The position numbers and the translations under genes were made by a program. From positions 123,070,001-123,134,000 of the forward strand of contig OZ024740.1 in NCBI GenBank assembly GCA_964016885.1: a DNA stretch of 64,000 nt, given 5' to 3'. The stretch is from Eledone cirrhosa (Eukaryota). The first letter of the stretch is position 1. Each line of letters starts with the position of its first letter. This document shows positions 50,286 to 61,175 of this stretch, piece after piece. Below the pieces are notes generated by a model. The model was given only the letters and a program-made list of their open reading frames with translations. It had not been told where the DNA came from and ran no database searches.

Positions 50286-50669
50286 CAACAGTCTTGGCGC
50301 AAAATTAATTTTTTACATTCACATGACCTCTACCGACCAATCAAAATTGTTTTGACCACAAGAATTTTTGCAACACCAAAGTAACGCTGGAGCCACTTTT
50401 TAACATAAAAACAGGTAGAATTCCCAAAACTAATCAGATCAGAGCAAACAGCACGGACACTCTATCTCAAAATTATTTTAGAAAAGCATTTAGAAATGCG
50501 CAACCGGTAAAAACTTAAAAACTTAAAACCACAACTGAATACTAACCCATACAATCACTAATACTCTTTTATTCCTAATTAAACCATTTTTCAACTGTGA
50601 ACAATTTGTCAGCATTTTCTATTCCGTTTACCAATATATAATAAGTTGTGTGTTACACCTCTATTCTTT

Positions 50670-50763
<94 letters not shown>

Positions 50764-51467
50764 TACATATATATACATACATATATATATATTTTTTTCA
50801 GTGATCATCGAAGGAACAATCTTAACTTTCCCAGATGCTGTTCTCGGATGTAAGCACAGACTCTATGTCGATTTGCATTCACAGCCACATATATTGCATT
50901 TGTAGTTTGTTGCTGTTGCTACGGCTAACAATTGGCATTGTTGTTGAGCCTCAACTGCACTTGTATTGCACTAGTACATTGATTGATCATGACTCACCAT
51001 AATTTTCTGTCCTTTTAATAGATTTCCCAATATGCCAATGGTACTTGACACATGTTCTGTGTATTGCAAACATCATCTTTGTAGATATCATCCTTACATT
51101 CATCATCATCATTATCATTATCACTGTTTATTTTTGCATGGGACAGATGAGCTGCCACACTATGAGCAAACACATTTTGCTCATATGATCCAAAATTTGG
51201 CTTGGTTTTCTATGTCTAGATTCCCTTCCTAACACCAAACACTTTACATTGTGTACTTGGATCTTTTTCATGGTATTACTACATCCATCATATAAAGTAG
51301 TGCAGGGGTACCTTTGTTTAGGCACCAGTATGATCATATTAGACGATGGACAGTATATATATATGAATTATTTATTCGTGCATATAAGTATATTCTCCGT
51401 CATATTTTCCATATTTTCCAGCTTCACTTTCAATTTTAATTGAATTTTATTTTTAATTTCATATAAT

Positions 51468-51550
51468 TATAACATTTCATCTGATGAGCGAACTAGAGGT
51501 ATGTTAATAATGTCTAGGGTCCTGAAACCATTGGTAATGTAGTAGTTATA
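51468..51550 (+). ncRNA. Type I hammerhead ribozyme (family D), partly decayed
   Basis: TATAAC..CAT-CTGATGA-..CTAGA..TCTAG..-GAAA-CCATTGG-TA-ATG..GTTATA. Core and GUA triplet intact, base of stem II mismatched. Confidence 0.6.
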
Positions 51551-51655
51551 TTGTGTTGTTTACTTTCTAGTTAAATAGTTACTGTATTATACATAGATCA
51601 CTCTTTTTCCCTTTGCTTTTTCTTCGGAAATACTCAACATATATATATGTATATA

Positions 51656-52050
51656 GGCACATGGCTTAGTGGTTAGAGCATTGGGCTTGCAATCGAAAGG
51701 TTGTGAGTTCAATTCTCGGACCCGGTGATGTGTTGTTTCCTTGAGCAAGACACTTTATTTCACATTGCTCCAGTTTACTCAGCTGTAGGAATGAGATGTT
51801 AGGACTGGAATCCCTATCATTCCACTGCAAATTGGTCATGGAGGTGCCACGGCAAAAAAGCACCCAACACTCACTGTAAATGAGGTTGGTGTTAGGAAGG
51901 GCATCCAGCTAGAGAAATCAAGCCAGAATCAGTTGACGTTTGAGCAAGACAAGGTCAGTCGACCGGACACTACCCACAACAGGACAACCCGTCTAACCCA
52001 TGCTAGCGTGGAAGAACGAACGTAAAATGGTGATGATGATGATAATGATG
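51656..52050 (+). mobile_element. tRNA-derived SINE with RTE-like 3' tail
   Basis: A box TGGCTTAGTGG (51662-51672), B box GAGTTCAATTC (51705-51715), core CCTTGAGCAAGACACTTT, RTE 3' UTR block TGGTGTTAGGAAGGGCATCCAGCT, and AACCCATGCTAGCGTGGAA..(GAT)n. Confidence 0.8.
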
Positions 52051-52402
52051 ATATATATCTATGTATACACGTATGTATCATCATCATCATCATCATCATC
52101 ACCGTTTTACGTCCGTTCTTCCACGCTAGCATGGGTTAGACGGTTTGTCCTTTTGTGGGCAGTGTTCGTTCGGCTGACCATGATTGCTCATACGGGAACT
52201 GATATAAATATATATGTATGCATGTATATATATATATAAGAATTCCGTTAAATTTTGGAGTATAGAGTATAAAAGAGAAAACGCAGGTAAGCATTACAAA
52301 AATGATTTTATCCAGGTATTTACGACCGTTTCATTGGTAAGTGCAACATTATATTGCTATACTGCAAATAGCAGCCACTCAATAATAATTGTTGTTCACG
52401 TC

Positions 52403-52464
<62 letters not shown>

Positions 52465-52489
52465 TTATATATATATATATGTATGTATG

Positions 52490-52539
<50 letters not shown>

Positions 52540-52541
<2 letters not shown>

Positions 52542-53530
52542 TCAATTGCGCAGAGGGTTCTATAGAAATAGTGGACAGTTTCCGTTACCTGGGTGATAAA
52601 ATCAGCAGTGGGGGAGGGTGCTCTGAAAGTACAGTAGCTAGAGTCAGAACTGGTTGGAAAAAGTTCAGAGAGCTTATACCACTATTAGCTGCTAAAGGGT
52701 TCTCCCTAAAAATGAAAGGCAGGTTGTACGATGCCTGAATACGAACAGCAATGTTGCATGGCAGTGAGACCTGGGCATTGTGTGCAGAGGATATACGCAG
52801 ACTAGAGAGGAACGAAGCTTGCATGCTCCGCTGGATGTGTAACAGTAATATACGTGAACGGCAAAGCATAAACGAACTAAGGAAAAAATTAGAAATAAGA
52901 GGGATCAGATGTTGTTTACTCGAAAGAAGGCTACGTTGGTATGGTCATGTGATGCGCATGAAAGTCGATAGCTGTATAACAAAGTGCAGGGCAATAAAGA
53001 TAGACGGTAGCCACGGAATAGGCAGACCTAGAAAAACCTGGGACGAGCTGATAAACTCCGACCTCACACACTTACACCTCTCCAAGACAATGTCACTGGA
53101 CCGAGACCTTTGGCGTTACTCAGTAACAGAGAAGACCCGCCTTACCTAAATACATAGTAAAACCTGCTACAGCCAGTAGGCATCTCTAACAAAATACCCC
53201 CCACCCCCCGTCCCACCACCCCGTTCTATGTAAAGTCATGTTGGTGCCACACCATCCAGGCCGAAACAAATGAGATCGTGTAGGTGTCACGACAAAAAAA
53301 CACACAGTCCACGCTGTAATGTGGCCGTGTAGGCAACACGGTAAAAACCTCCCAGACCCACACTGTAAATGTGGTTGGTGTTAGGAAGGGCATCCAACTG
53401 TAGAAAACCTGCCAGACAGTCCTATGCGAGCAAGACAATCACTCTTGCCTCAAGTGGGACTACCCCCGTCCAAACCCATGCAAGCGTGGAACATGGACGT
53501 TAAACGTTGATGATGATGATGATGATGATA
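52540..53530 (+). mobile_element. 5'-truncated RTE LINE copy inserted after (TA)n
   Basis: [18 protein letters not shown], an in-frame stop near 52736, ORF 52751-53149, 3' UTR and (GAT)n tail. Confidence 0.93.
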
Positions 53531-53608
53531 TATGTACGGCTTAATTCGGGCTGTTTGTTTACAAACAAACCGAACATTATAATAAATGTTCGGTAAACCC
53601 ATACGTAC

Positions 53609-53639
<31 letters not shown>

Positions 53640-54169
53640 CATGTATGTATGTATATACATATATACACATACTTATGAAGATATAAAGGATTGCAGTTAT
53701 ATTGTTATAATTGTTTCTATTAGCCAAATATCTGTTAAAAATGAGTAGTGAGTGGGATTTGTGTACATCTGTGTGAGCGTGTGTGTACACTGAAGTATGA
53801 ATATATGTATCTCTATTTTTCTGTTTATCATGACGAATTCTGTTACTTTTATCTTTATTCTATTAAATATAATTTCAAGAATTCTAGATAGTATCAAGCA
53901 ATGTTTACTGAACCAATAAGACTGCAATGTCTTATGTCATTTAGAAATGGGAGAGATGTAAGTATGTGTGAGTATCATCAAGTGATATCTTTGATATAAA
54001 ATAGCAACAGTATAAACCTCATTGTTGACTGCTATTCCTTGCAGATAAAAACTACTTAGGTATGGAATCAATAACTATCAAAATAACAAATGGGCAAATA
54101 TGTCATCCTACATATGGAGGATTAAAGTTACAATAAAGATGTGTGTGTGTGTGTATTTGTGTGTGTACA

Positions 54170-55975
54170 TCTCATCAACATCATTTAACATGTTTAGCAT
54201 GAGTAGGGCATCTGTCTCATTGTGAGAGATCCAAGTCGGACTACTATATTTTGATCACACAGAACTGATTTCAGCTTGGTTTCTATAGCAGGATTACTTC
54301 CTAACACCAACCATATTTACAGTGTGTGCTGCGCGCTTCTTGTCTTGACACTTACACGTCAACTTTACAGTATGGACAGCGCAGTATTTTTCTTGTCCCC
54401 CATCACAAAAACTTTACAGTTTGGGCTGGGTGCTTCTTTTCATGACACATACACAACCACTTTACAATGCGGACTGGACGATTTTTCTCGGGGCTCCAGG
54501 ATGATCCCATTATGGCGTGGGGTGGAAAATTGGGAAGTAGATATAGGGGTGGGTGGATTACAGCAAGGGAGATGTATGGAAGGGGTGATGGGAGGGAAGG
54601 AGGTGCATACTAGATGTATGCCTCAGCTCTAGCATATGGGTCTTCTGTATTACTGCATAGTGCCAGAGATCATAGTCTTGTATCATCGCCTTAGAGAGGT
54701 GTAATTGTGCAAGGTCAGCTTTGATCACATCTTTCCAAATGTTCCTAAGCCTACCTACTCCATGGCTTCCATCACCTTTGAATTATCTGCACTTTTTTAT
54801 ACAGCTGTCATCCTTCGTACACATCACATGTCCATACCAATGCAATCTCTTCTCTTGCACATGGTATCTCATCCTTCTTATGTCTAATTTCTCTCTCAGT
54901 TCATTTATGTTTTGCCATTCATATATCTTACTGTTGCACATCCATCGAAGCATGTAGTCTTCATTTCTTTCCAATCTTCACAGGTGCTCTCCACACAGTG
55001 CCCAGGTCTTGCTACCATGCAACATTGTTGTTCATATACATGCATTATACAGTCTGCCTTTCATTTTGAAGGAAAACAACTTTTGGGGTTTGTAGTGGTA
55101 GTATCTCCCAGAACTTTCTCCAACCCATTCTCACTCTGGCTACTCTGCATTCAGAACACCCTCTGCCACTGATAATTTGGTTACCCAGGTAATATAAACA
55201 AGTACTACTTCTACATTTAATGCTACTGGGCATTTAAGGGAGTTTGTATCCTGAGAGCTCCTTCAACTTACTGTCCCTGTGCATTGGCCACATATACAAC
55301 CTACATTCTGTGTTAGCCTACCTAAGATCCCACTACATCTGTTGTGTACCCATAGTTTGGATTTGGGGCATAGGATGAAATTTCTACCTACTCCTAATTT
55401 GCACACTATACAGGGCAATTTCCCCGACAAGATCAAGGCATGTTTTCTCTTCTAGTTACTAGAACTTACGTTTTTGCCATGTTGACTTTAACACATTTGA
55501 TTCATGGTCATGCTTTCAGATTTGAAATTCATCTCTAATTTAGCTATAAATTCAGCGATAAGGGCTATGTCATCTGCATACAGGAAATCCCATAGGCAGC
55601 CAGTCTAAAACTACACTGTTATTGCATGCGTGGTGATAATAAATAGGTGAGGGCTCAAATGTGAAACCTGAGGACATCAACTTGCGTGCTAAATTCTTCA
55701 CTATAGTTATTGGTAATTCTGACCTTGTTGGCTGTTCTTTTATACATGACTTGTACTGCCCTCACAAGTCACTAGTCTACTCCTAGTTTTTTAAGAGCCC
55801 ACCAGATAATGGAAGGGGGATTCTGTCAAAAGCTTTCTTCAGGTCCACAAAAGTCAAGTAGAGGGGTTTACCTTTACCAAGGTACTTCTCCTTCATTTGA
55901 GGGAATCCGTGGTACTTTTAGCTTGTACAAATCCAACACTGAATTGTATCTAGGTCTCATTCCCTAATCAGCTGT
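54170..55975 (-). mobile_element. Old decayed RTE LINE copy
   Basis: Remnants ERNEDYMLRWMC..KRLHWYGHV, YLGNQIISGRGCSE, FLYADDI and VDLKKAFDR. Confidence 0.82.
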
Positions 55976-55984
55976 GCTGAAAAT

Positions 55985-57020
55985 CAGCACAGAGAACAAG
56001 CCGACTTCATGAAAGACTTCTTCCCCCACGATCGCATCCACGTAGGACAAACCATCTCATTGAAAATTGTGCAGAGTACTATATCAATTAGTCATTGACA
56101 TCATTGATTAAAACAAGGCCCTTGATACCATAGAGATGTGATTAGGACACTTAAAGAACAGGGTGTTTAGCCCATCTATGTCAATGTTCTCTGACATATC
56201 GACAGAAATGCAAGTTCATATATCCATATATGCAAATATTCAATGCCTTTTTGACTTTGAAGAGGAGTACAACAGAGGGACACCAGTTCTCCAATGCTCT
56301 TCACAGAGGTCCTGAAAGGGGTCTTACAATAACTCAGATGAAAAAAGAGGGGCAGCAAGATCAAGGGTGAATATCTAAACCCCCCTAGGCTCATTGACAA
56401 TATCATCATTTTTGCAAGCAACAGAGATGAACTACAACAAATGCTTAGTGAACTGAACAGAGCTAGCTTAGAAGTCAGTCTGAGCATGAACCTCAACGAG
56501 CCCAAAACGACATGCAATAAATACATTGCGGATGCAAACCAGGCCATCACAATCAATAACAAGTAAGAGGCGGTCAACTACTACATTTACCTTACTCAGA
56601 CACATTTTAATGGACTTGGTATCTAATGAACAAGAAATCATGTGTCAAATCGCACTAGGGTGGCTGGTCTTAGGAAGAGTAAGTGTCATCTTCAACAACA
56701 GAGATCTGCCAATCATCTTACAACTTCAAGTTTATGACCACTGTATTCCGCCGACTGTCACCTCTGGATCAGAAACCTGGAACCTAACAAACAAACAAAC
56801 TTTAAAGGTATGAACAATGAAAAGAGCCCATGAAACATCATGTGGGGAAATAAAAAAAATGCTGAATGGATGTAAGAAAAAAAAAACGTTTGCAACATCC
56901 TAGAAATTATTAGCAAAGCAAAAAGGAAGTGGGTGGGACATATTCCCAAAAAGACTGACAACAGATGAACCAGATGTGTCACCTTCTGGATCCCATGAGG
57001 TCACACAAGAAAGTGAAGCT
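55985..57020 (+). mobile_element. Decayed LINE of a different RTE family (no PHD insert)
   Basis: REQADF.KDF..HDRIH, GVQQRDTSSPMLFT, IKGEYLN, VYDHCIPPTVTSGSETW, KRKWVGHI remnants. Confidence 0.7.
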
Positions 57021-57070
57021 TGAAGCTGCCAGAAGACAACAACAACATCAACAACATAGACAACAGAAAC

Positions 57071-57116
<46 letters not shown>

Positions 57117-57499
57117 TCGACATCACCACCACCACTGTCTCAGTATCGGTACCGCCGCCAGTCTCCCACCTCTCCCAGATGGCTGCTGCAACCACATTAT
57201 AGAATTCCTACTACTAAAAAAGAGGAAGGCATCAAAATATATAGATAGACTCAAAAGAAAAAAGAAAGAAAAAACAAACAACAAAACCAAAGCAGCACAG
57301 CAACAACAGCAAAAAACGAGAAAAACAACAACAAAAAAAAAAACAAAAAACGTAAAGAAAATAAGAATGAAGAGAGAAGCAGGCGGACGGACAGAGAAGA
57401 GGGGGGAAAAACTAAAACTAAAAAAACAAAAACTAAGTCAGACATTCGAACACTACATTACAATGAAACTTATGCTTATTCATTTTTGGGGCCCTTTCT

Positions 57500-60400
57500 G
57501 CCTGTGTGTTTGTTTGTTTATGTGTGTTCGTATACAGCGTGGTGATAATGCCACACAAGGGCCAAGTAGAACGGCGAATCCACAGATGGCTATGTAACCA
57601 TACATTCGCCAATCCTCGATAAGAGTGTTTAAATATCGAACATAAACAGTTCGAATAACGGTGAAATGGAGACTAGAACGTCATGTGACAGACTCTCACC
57701 CAACAGGTGCCCCCTGGCTCAGCAGCAGGAACCTGACTGTCAACCAAATACTGCTGATGTTGGAGGAAGAAGAAGAAGGAAAGGGGCCAGAACCATCTGG
57801 ACGAAAGAATTGAATAGAACTGTTATGCAATGTTACCTGAAAAGTAACCCCAAGGAGAGGGGCTACAGGAGACGGATGCATAACATCTGGAACGAGATTG
57901 GTCTATTTAAATTAGATGAACAAAAATTGGCCGGGCAGGCTCGGGTAATAAGAACTAATGGGTGGATAAGCGAGCTGGAACTGGAGGAACTGAGCAGAGA
58001 GAATGGCTTGGAGATGGCGGGTGTAGTATGCCAGACAAGCGAGCCAGTGGGAAATGAAGGTGAAGAGGTCCTGAGAACGGAGGAACCACCCGAAGCAGAC
58101 AATGATCTGAATACTGAGATAAATAATACCTGGAACAGAGATACGGCCACTGAGGAGATGAATGCTGACGGGCTAGGACAAGATTCGGTTGACATCCTAA
58201 ATTTAGTGGTAGATGAATTGAACAATGATAGTGGGAGACCTATGAACCTAAGATTTGTAGACAGGAAAAAGTTAAAAGAAACAACAGCTAAGGTAAACAA
58301 AGTCATCCCATACCTTGAGGCGAGGAGCCTTCACCAGTGCAACAATATCCTCAAAGCAACAGCAAATACGGTGAGGAAACTACTTGGTATAAAAGCGAGA
58401 GGAAACAACAGACAAGAAAGAGCAGAGCCGTGGTGGAAGAAACGACTGAGTGGTCAAATCAGGGAAATGAGAAATGACATAGGAAAGCTTGAGTCACTAC
58501 TGAATGGGACACTAAAAAACATAGGCACTAAAAATAGACTGGAAATAAAGTACAAAACTAGGAGGAAAAAGCTAAATATTATCATAGAGGAACTGAAGCA
58601 ACGCATTGTAGCAAAGAGTGCAAAAATCAGGCGATACGAGAACAGAGTCAGTCAGTATAAACAGAACCGCATGTTCGACAACAACCAGAAGATGCTGTTT
58701 GGACAGCTTGAGGGGAAAGAAAGAGGCAACGACTTGATCCCTGGGGCCGAGCAAACTAAAACATTCTGGAGAGGAATATGGGAGCAGGATGTTAGACATA
58801 ATGTCCAGGCAGGGTGGATTGAGACAGTACAGAGGGAGATCGGTGAGCAGGCACACCAACAAACTGATTTGAGTATCACAGTTGAAACTCTTAAGGGGCA
58901 GGCCAAAAAACTAACCAACTGGAAATCACCAGGCCCAGATGGTGTGCAGGGGTATTGGATTAAACATTTAACATCCCTCCACCCGAAGCTGACGGCCATG
59001 TTCAATGACTGCTTGGTGTCGGGTGAGGTGCCAGAGTGGTTGACAAAAGGTACCACAGTTCTGATAATGAAAGACCGAATCAAGGGTAATGATGTTACCA
59101 ACTATAGACCTATCACATGTCTGTCCGTAATGTGGAAACTGTTGACGAGCATTGTGTCTGAGGAAATCTACCATCACCTCCACACAAACAACTTGTTGCC
59201 GGACGAACAGAAAGGATGCCGAAAGAAGTCACGTGGTACAAAGGACCAGTTACTTATTGATAAGATGGTAATGGGGAATTGCAGGAGGAGACACACTGAT
59301 CTTGCCATGGGATGGATAGACTACAGAAAGGCATTTGACATGGTGCCTCATTCTTGGATCACCAAAAGCCTGGATATCTTCAGGGTGGCAGATAACATCA
59401 GACAGTTGCTGGGCAGGAGTATGGGGTCCTGGGAGACAGAGTTGACATCAACTGGAGTATCCTTGGGAAGCGTGAAGATCAATGGAGGTATCTTCCAGGG
59501 AGATAGCCTGTCCCCTCTGTTGTTTGTCCTTGCCCTGATGCCCTTGACCATTATGCTGCGAAAAGTGAGAGCAGGATACAAGTTGGGAAAGGGAGAGCTT
59601 ACCATCAATCACCTCCTCTTCATGGACGATCTTAAGCTCTTCGGGAAAAGTGAGAAGGAGTTGGATGTGCTTGTTGACACTGTCCGTATTTTCAGCAGTG
59701 ATATATGTATGCAGGTTGGTATTAGTAAATGTGGAGTAATTGTGATGAGGAGGGGTAGGTTGAGCAGAAGTAACGGGATCCAGATACCAACAGGTGAGAT
59801 GATAAAGGAAATTGACTCTGAGGAAGGATACAAGTATTTGGGCGTTCTGGAGGCTGATGGCATAAAGAACAAAAAAATGAAGGAATTGTTAAGAACTGAA
59901 TACATTCGGAGAGTAAGGAGCGTATTGAAGTCACATCTGAACAGCAGAAATGCCATAAGCGCAGTAAATTCCCGAGCTGTGTCTATTATTAGGTACAGTG
60001 CGGGAATTCTGAGATGGAATGTTGCTGAACAAAAAGAAATGGATAGGAAGACTAGGAAGCTATTGACTATCTACAACATGTTCCACAAGAGGAGTGATGT
60101 CGATAGACTCTACCTAAGGAGATCTGAGGGTGGAAGAGGTCTTATCAGCATAGAGGACTGTGTTCAGATGGAGAAAAACAACCTATACAAATACGTGACC
60201 TATAGTAAGGAGCCAATGCTCAGAACTGTACTGAAGGAGGGGACAGTAGGCCAGGGGATGTCCAAGGAGGAAATAACATCAAGGAGGAAGAGCAGCCTTA
60301 AGGGAAAATCCCTTCATAGTACCTTCTTTGAGAAAACTGAATTTAGAGATCCACAGACATGGAACTGGTTGAGAAGAGGAGACCTCAAAAAGGCTACAGA

Positions 60401-61175
60401 AGGAATGCTAATGGCTGCGCAGGAGCAGGCCCTCAAAACGAAGTGGTTGAAGCACCATATTTACAAGGAGGAGGCTAGCCCACTGTGCAGGATCTGTGGA
60501 GAGAGAGAGGAGACTGTGGCTCACATTGTGTCCGAGTGTAAACACCTAGCCCAGACCCACTATAAGGGCTGGAGACACGATGTGATGGGCAGGGTGATCC
60601 ACTGGCACCTGTGCAAAGTAAACAATTTACCACATTCTGAGAAATGGTATGAGCATAGGCCAGAGGCGGTGATGGAGAACAATCAGGTGAAGGTGCTGTG
60701 GGATTTTAGGATACAGACGGACAAAAAACTGGAACACAATAGACCTGACCTGGTGGTTGTGGACAAAGAAAAAAGATCGTGTCTGATTGTGGATGTGGCC
60801 TGCCCTTTCGACACGAGAGTGCAAGAGAAGGAGAGGGAGAAAATTAACCGATACCAGGACCTAAAGTGGGAGGTGAAAAGGATTTGGAACTGCCATGAAG
60901 TCAAAGTGATCCCGATTGTCATAGGCGCACTGGGGACTATCTCCAAAAGTTTCCAGGGATGGTTAAAGAAAATCGGCCCTTTCACGCTTTTTGGAACGCT
61001 TCAAAAGGCATGCTTGCTTGGAACAGCAAGAAACCTCCGATACGTCCTGAATATCTGAGGCTGCAGGTAGTGGCTTGATATTCATTCCAACGGACTTTCC
61101 AGTTAACCAACATCAATGACTGAGATTCAAGGAATAACAACAATAATAATAATAATAATAATAATACTAATAATA
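57500..61175 (+). mobile_element. R4/Dong-clade non-LTR retrotransposon, apparently intact, ending in (TAA)n
   Basis: Single long ORF, ~75-bp 3' UTR, then (AAT)n at 61133-61175. The 5' boundary is approximate. Confidence 0.88.
57666..61058 (+). CDS. R4/Dong-type polyprotein: N-terminal domain, RT, CCHC finger, restriction-like (PD-D/ExK) endonuclease
   Basis: 1130 aa with no stops: WKSPGPDGVQGYWIK, NYRPITCL, WIDYRKAFDMVPH, GIFQGDSLSP, HLLFMDDLKL, GGRGL, CRICGEREETVAHIVSEC, RHD, HNRPDLVV..IVDVACP..EK...Y. Confidence 0.95.
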   Translation: METRTSCDRLSPNRCPLAQQQEPDCQPNTADVGGRRRRKGARTIWTKELNRTVMQCYLKSNPKERGYRRRMHNIWNEIGLFKLDEQKLAGQARVIRTNGWISELELEELSRENGLEMAGVVCQTSEPVGNEGEEVLRTEEPPEADNDLNTEINNTWNRDTATEEMNADGLGQDSVDILNLVVDELNNDSGRPMNLRFVDRKKLKETTAKVNKVIPYLEARSLHQCNNILKATANTVRKLLGIKARGNNRQERAEPWWKKRLSGQIREMRNDIGKLESLLNGTLKNIGTKNRLEIKYKTRRKKLNIIIEELKQRIVAKSAKIRRYENRVSQYKQNRMFDNNQKMLFGQLEGKERGNDLIPGAEQTKTFWRGIWEQDVRHNVQAGWIETVQREIGEQAHQQTDLSITVETLKGQAKKLTNWKSPGPDGVQGYWIKHLTSLHPKLTAMFNDCLVSGEVPEWLTKGTTVLIMKDRIKGNDVTNYRPITCLSVMWKLLTSIVSEEIYHHLHTNNLLPDEQKGCRKKSRGTKDQLLIDKMVMGNCRRRHTDLAMGWIDYRKAFDMVPHSWITKSLDIFRVADNIRQLLGRSMGSWETELTSTGVSLGSVKINGGIFQGDSLSPLLFVLALMPLTIMLRKVRAGYKLGKGELTINHLLFMDDLKLFGKSEKELDVLVDTVRIFSSDICMQVGISKCGVIVMRRGRLSRSNGIQIPTGEMIKEIDSEEGYKYLGVLEADGIKNKKMKELLRTEYIRRVRSVLKSHLNSRNAISAVNSRAVSIIRYSAGILRWNVAEQKEMDRKTRKLLTIYNMFHKRSDVDRLYLRRSEGGRGLISIEDCVQMEKNNLYKYVTYSKEPMLRTVLKEGTVGQGMSKEEITSRRKSSLKGKSLHSTFFEKTEFRDPQTWNWLRRGDLKKATEGMLMAAQEQALKTKWLKHHIYKEEASPLCRICGEREETVAHIVSECKHLAQTHYKGWRHDVMGRVIHWHLCKVNNLPHSEKWYEHRPEAVMENNQVKVLWDFRIQTDKKLEHNRPDLVVVDKEKRSCLIVDVACPFDTRVQEKEREKINRYQDLKWEVKRIWNCHEVKVIPIVIGALGTISKSFQGWLKKIGPFTLFGTLQKACLLGTARNLRYVLNI

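Noticed and set aside
52310-52345. Minus-strand GAAACGGTCGTA (3' half of a hammerhead)
   Set aside because: No CUGANGA upstream. Probably a truncated pLTR end, not a complete ribozyme.
57570-57625. GGCGAAT..ATTCGCC hairpin in the Dong 5' UTR as an HDV-like ribozyme
   Set aside because: Only a simple hairpin is visible. I could not assign the P1/P1.1/P2/P3 pseudoknot.
57696-60985. Multiple minus-strand ORFs over the Dong ORF, and antisense ORFs over the RTE, Gypsy and Tx1 copies
   Set aside because: Shadow frames of real coding sequence on the opposite strand.
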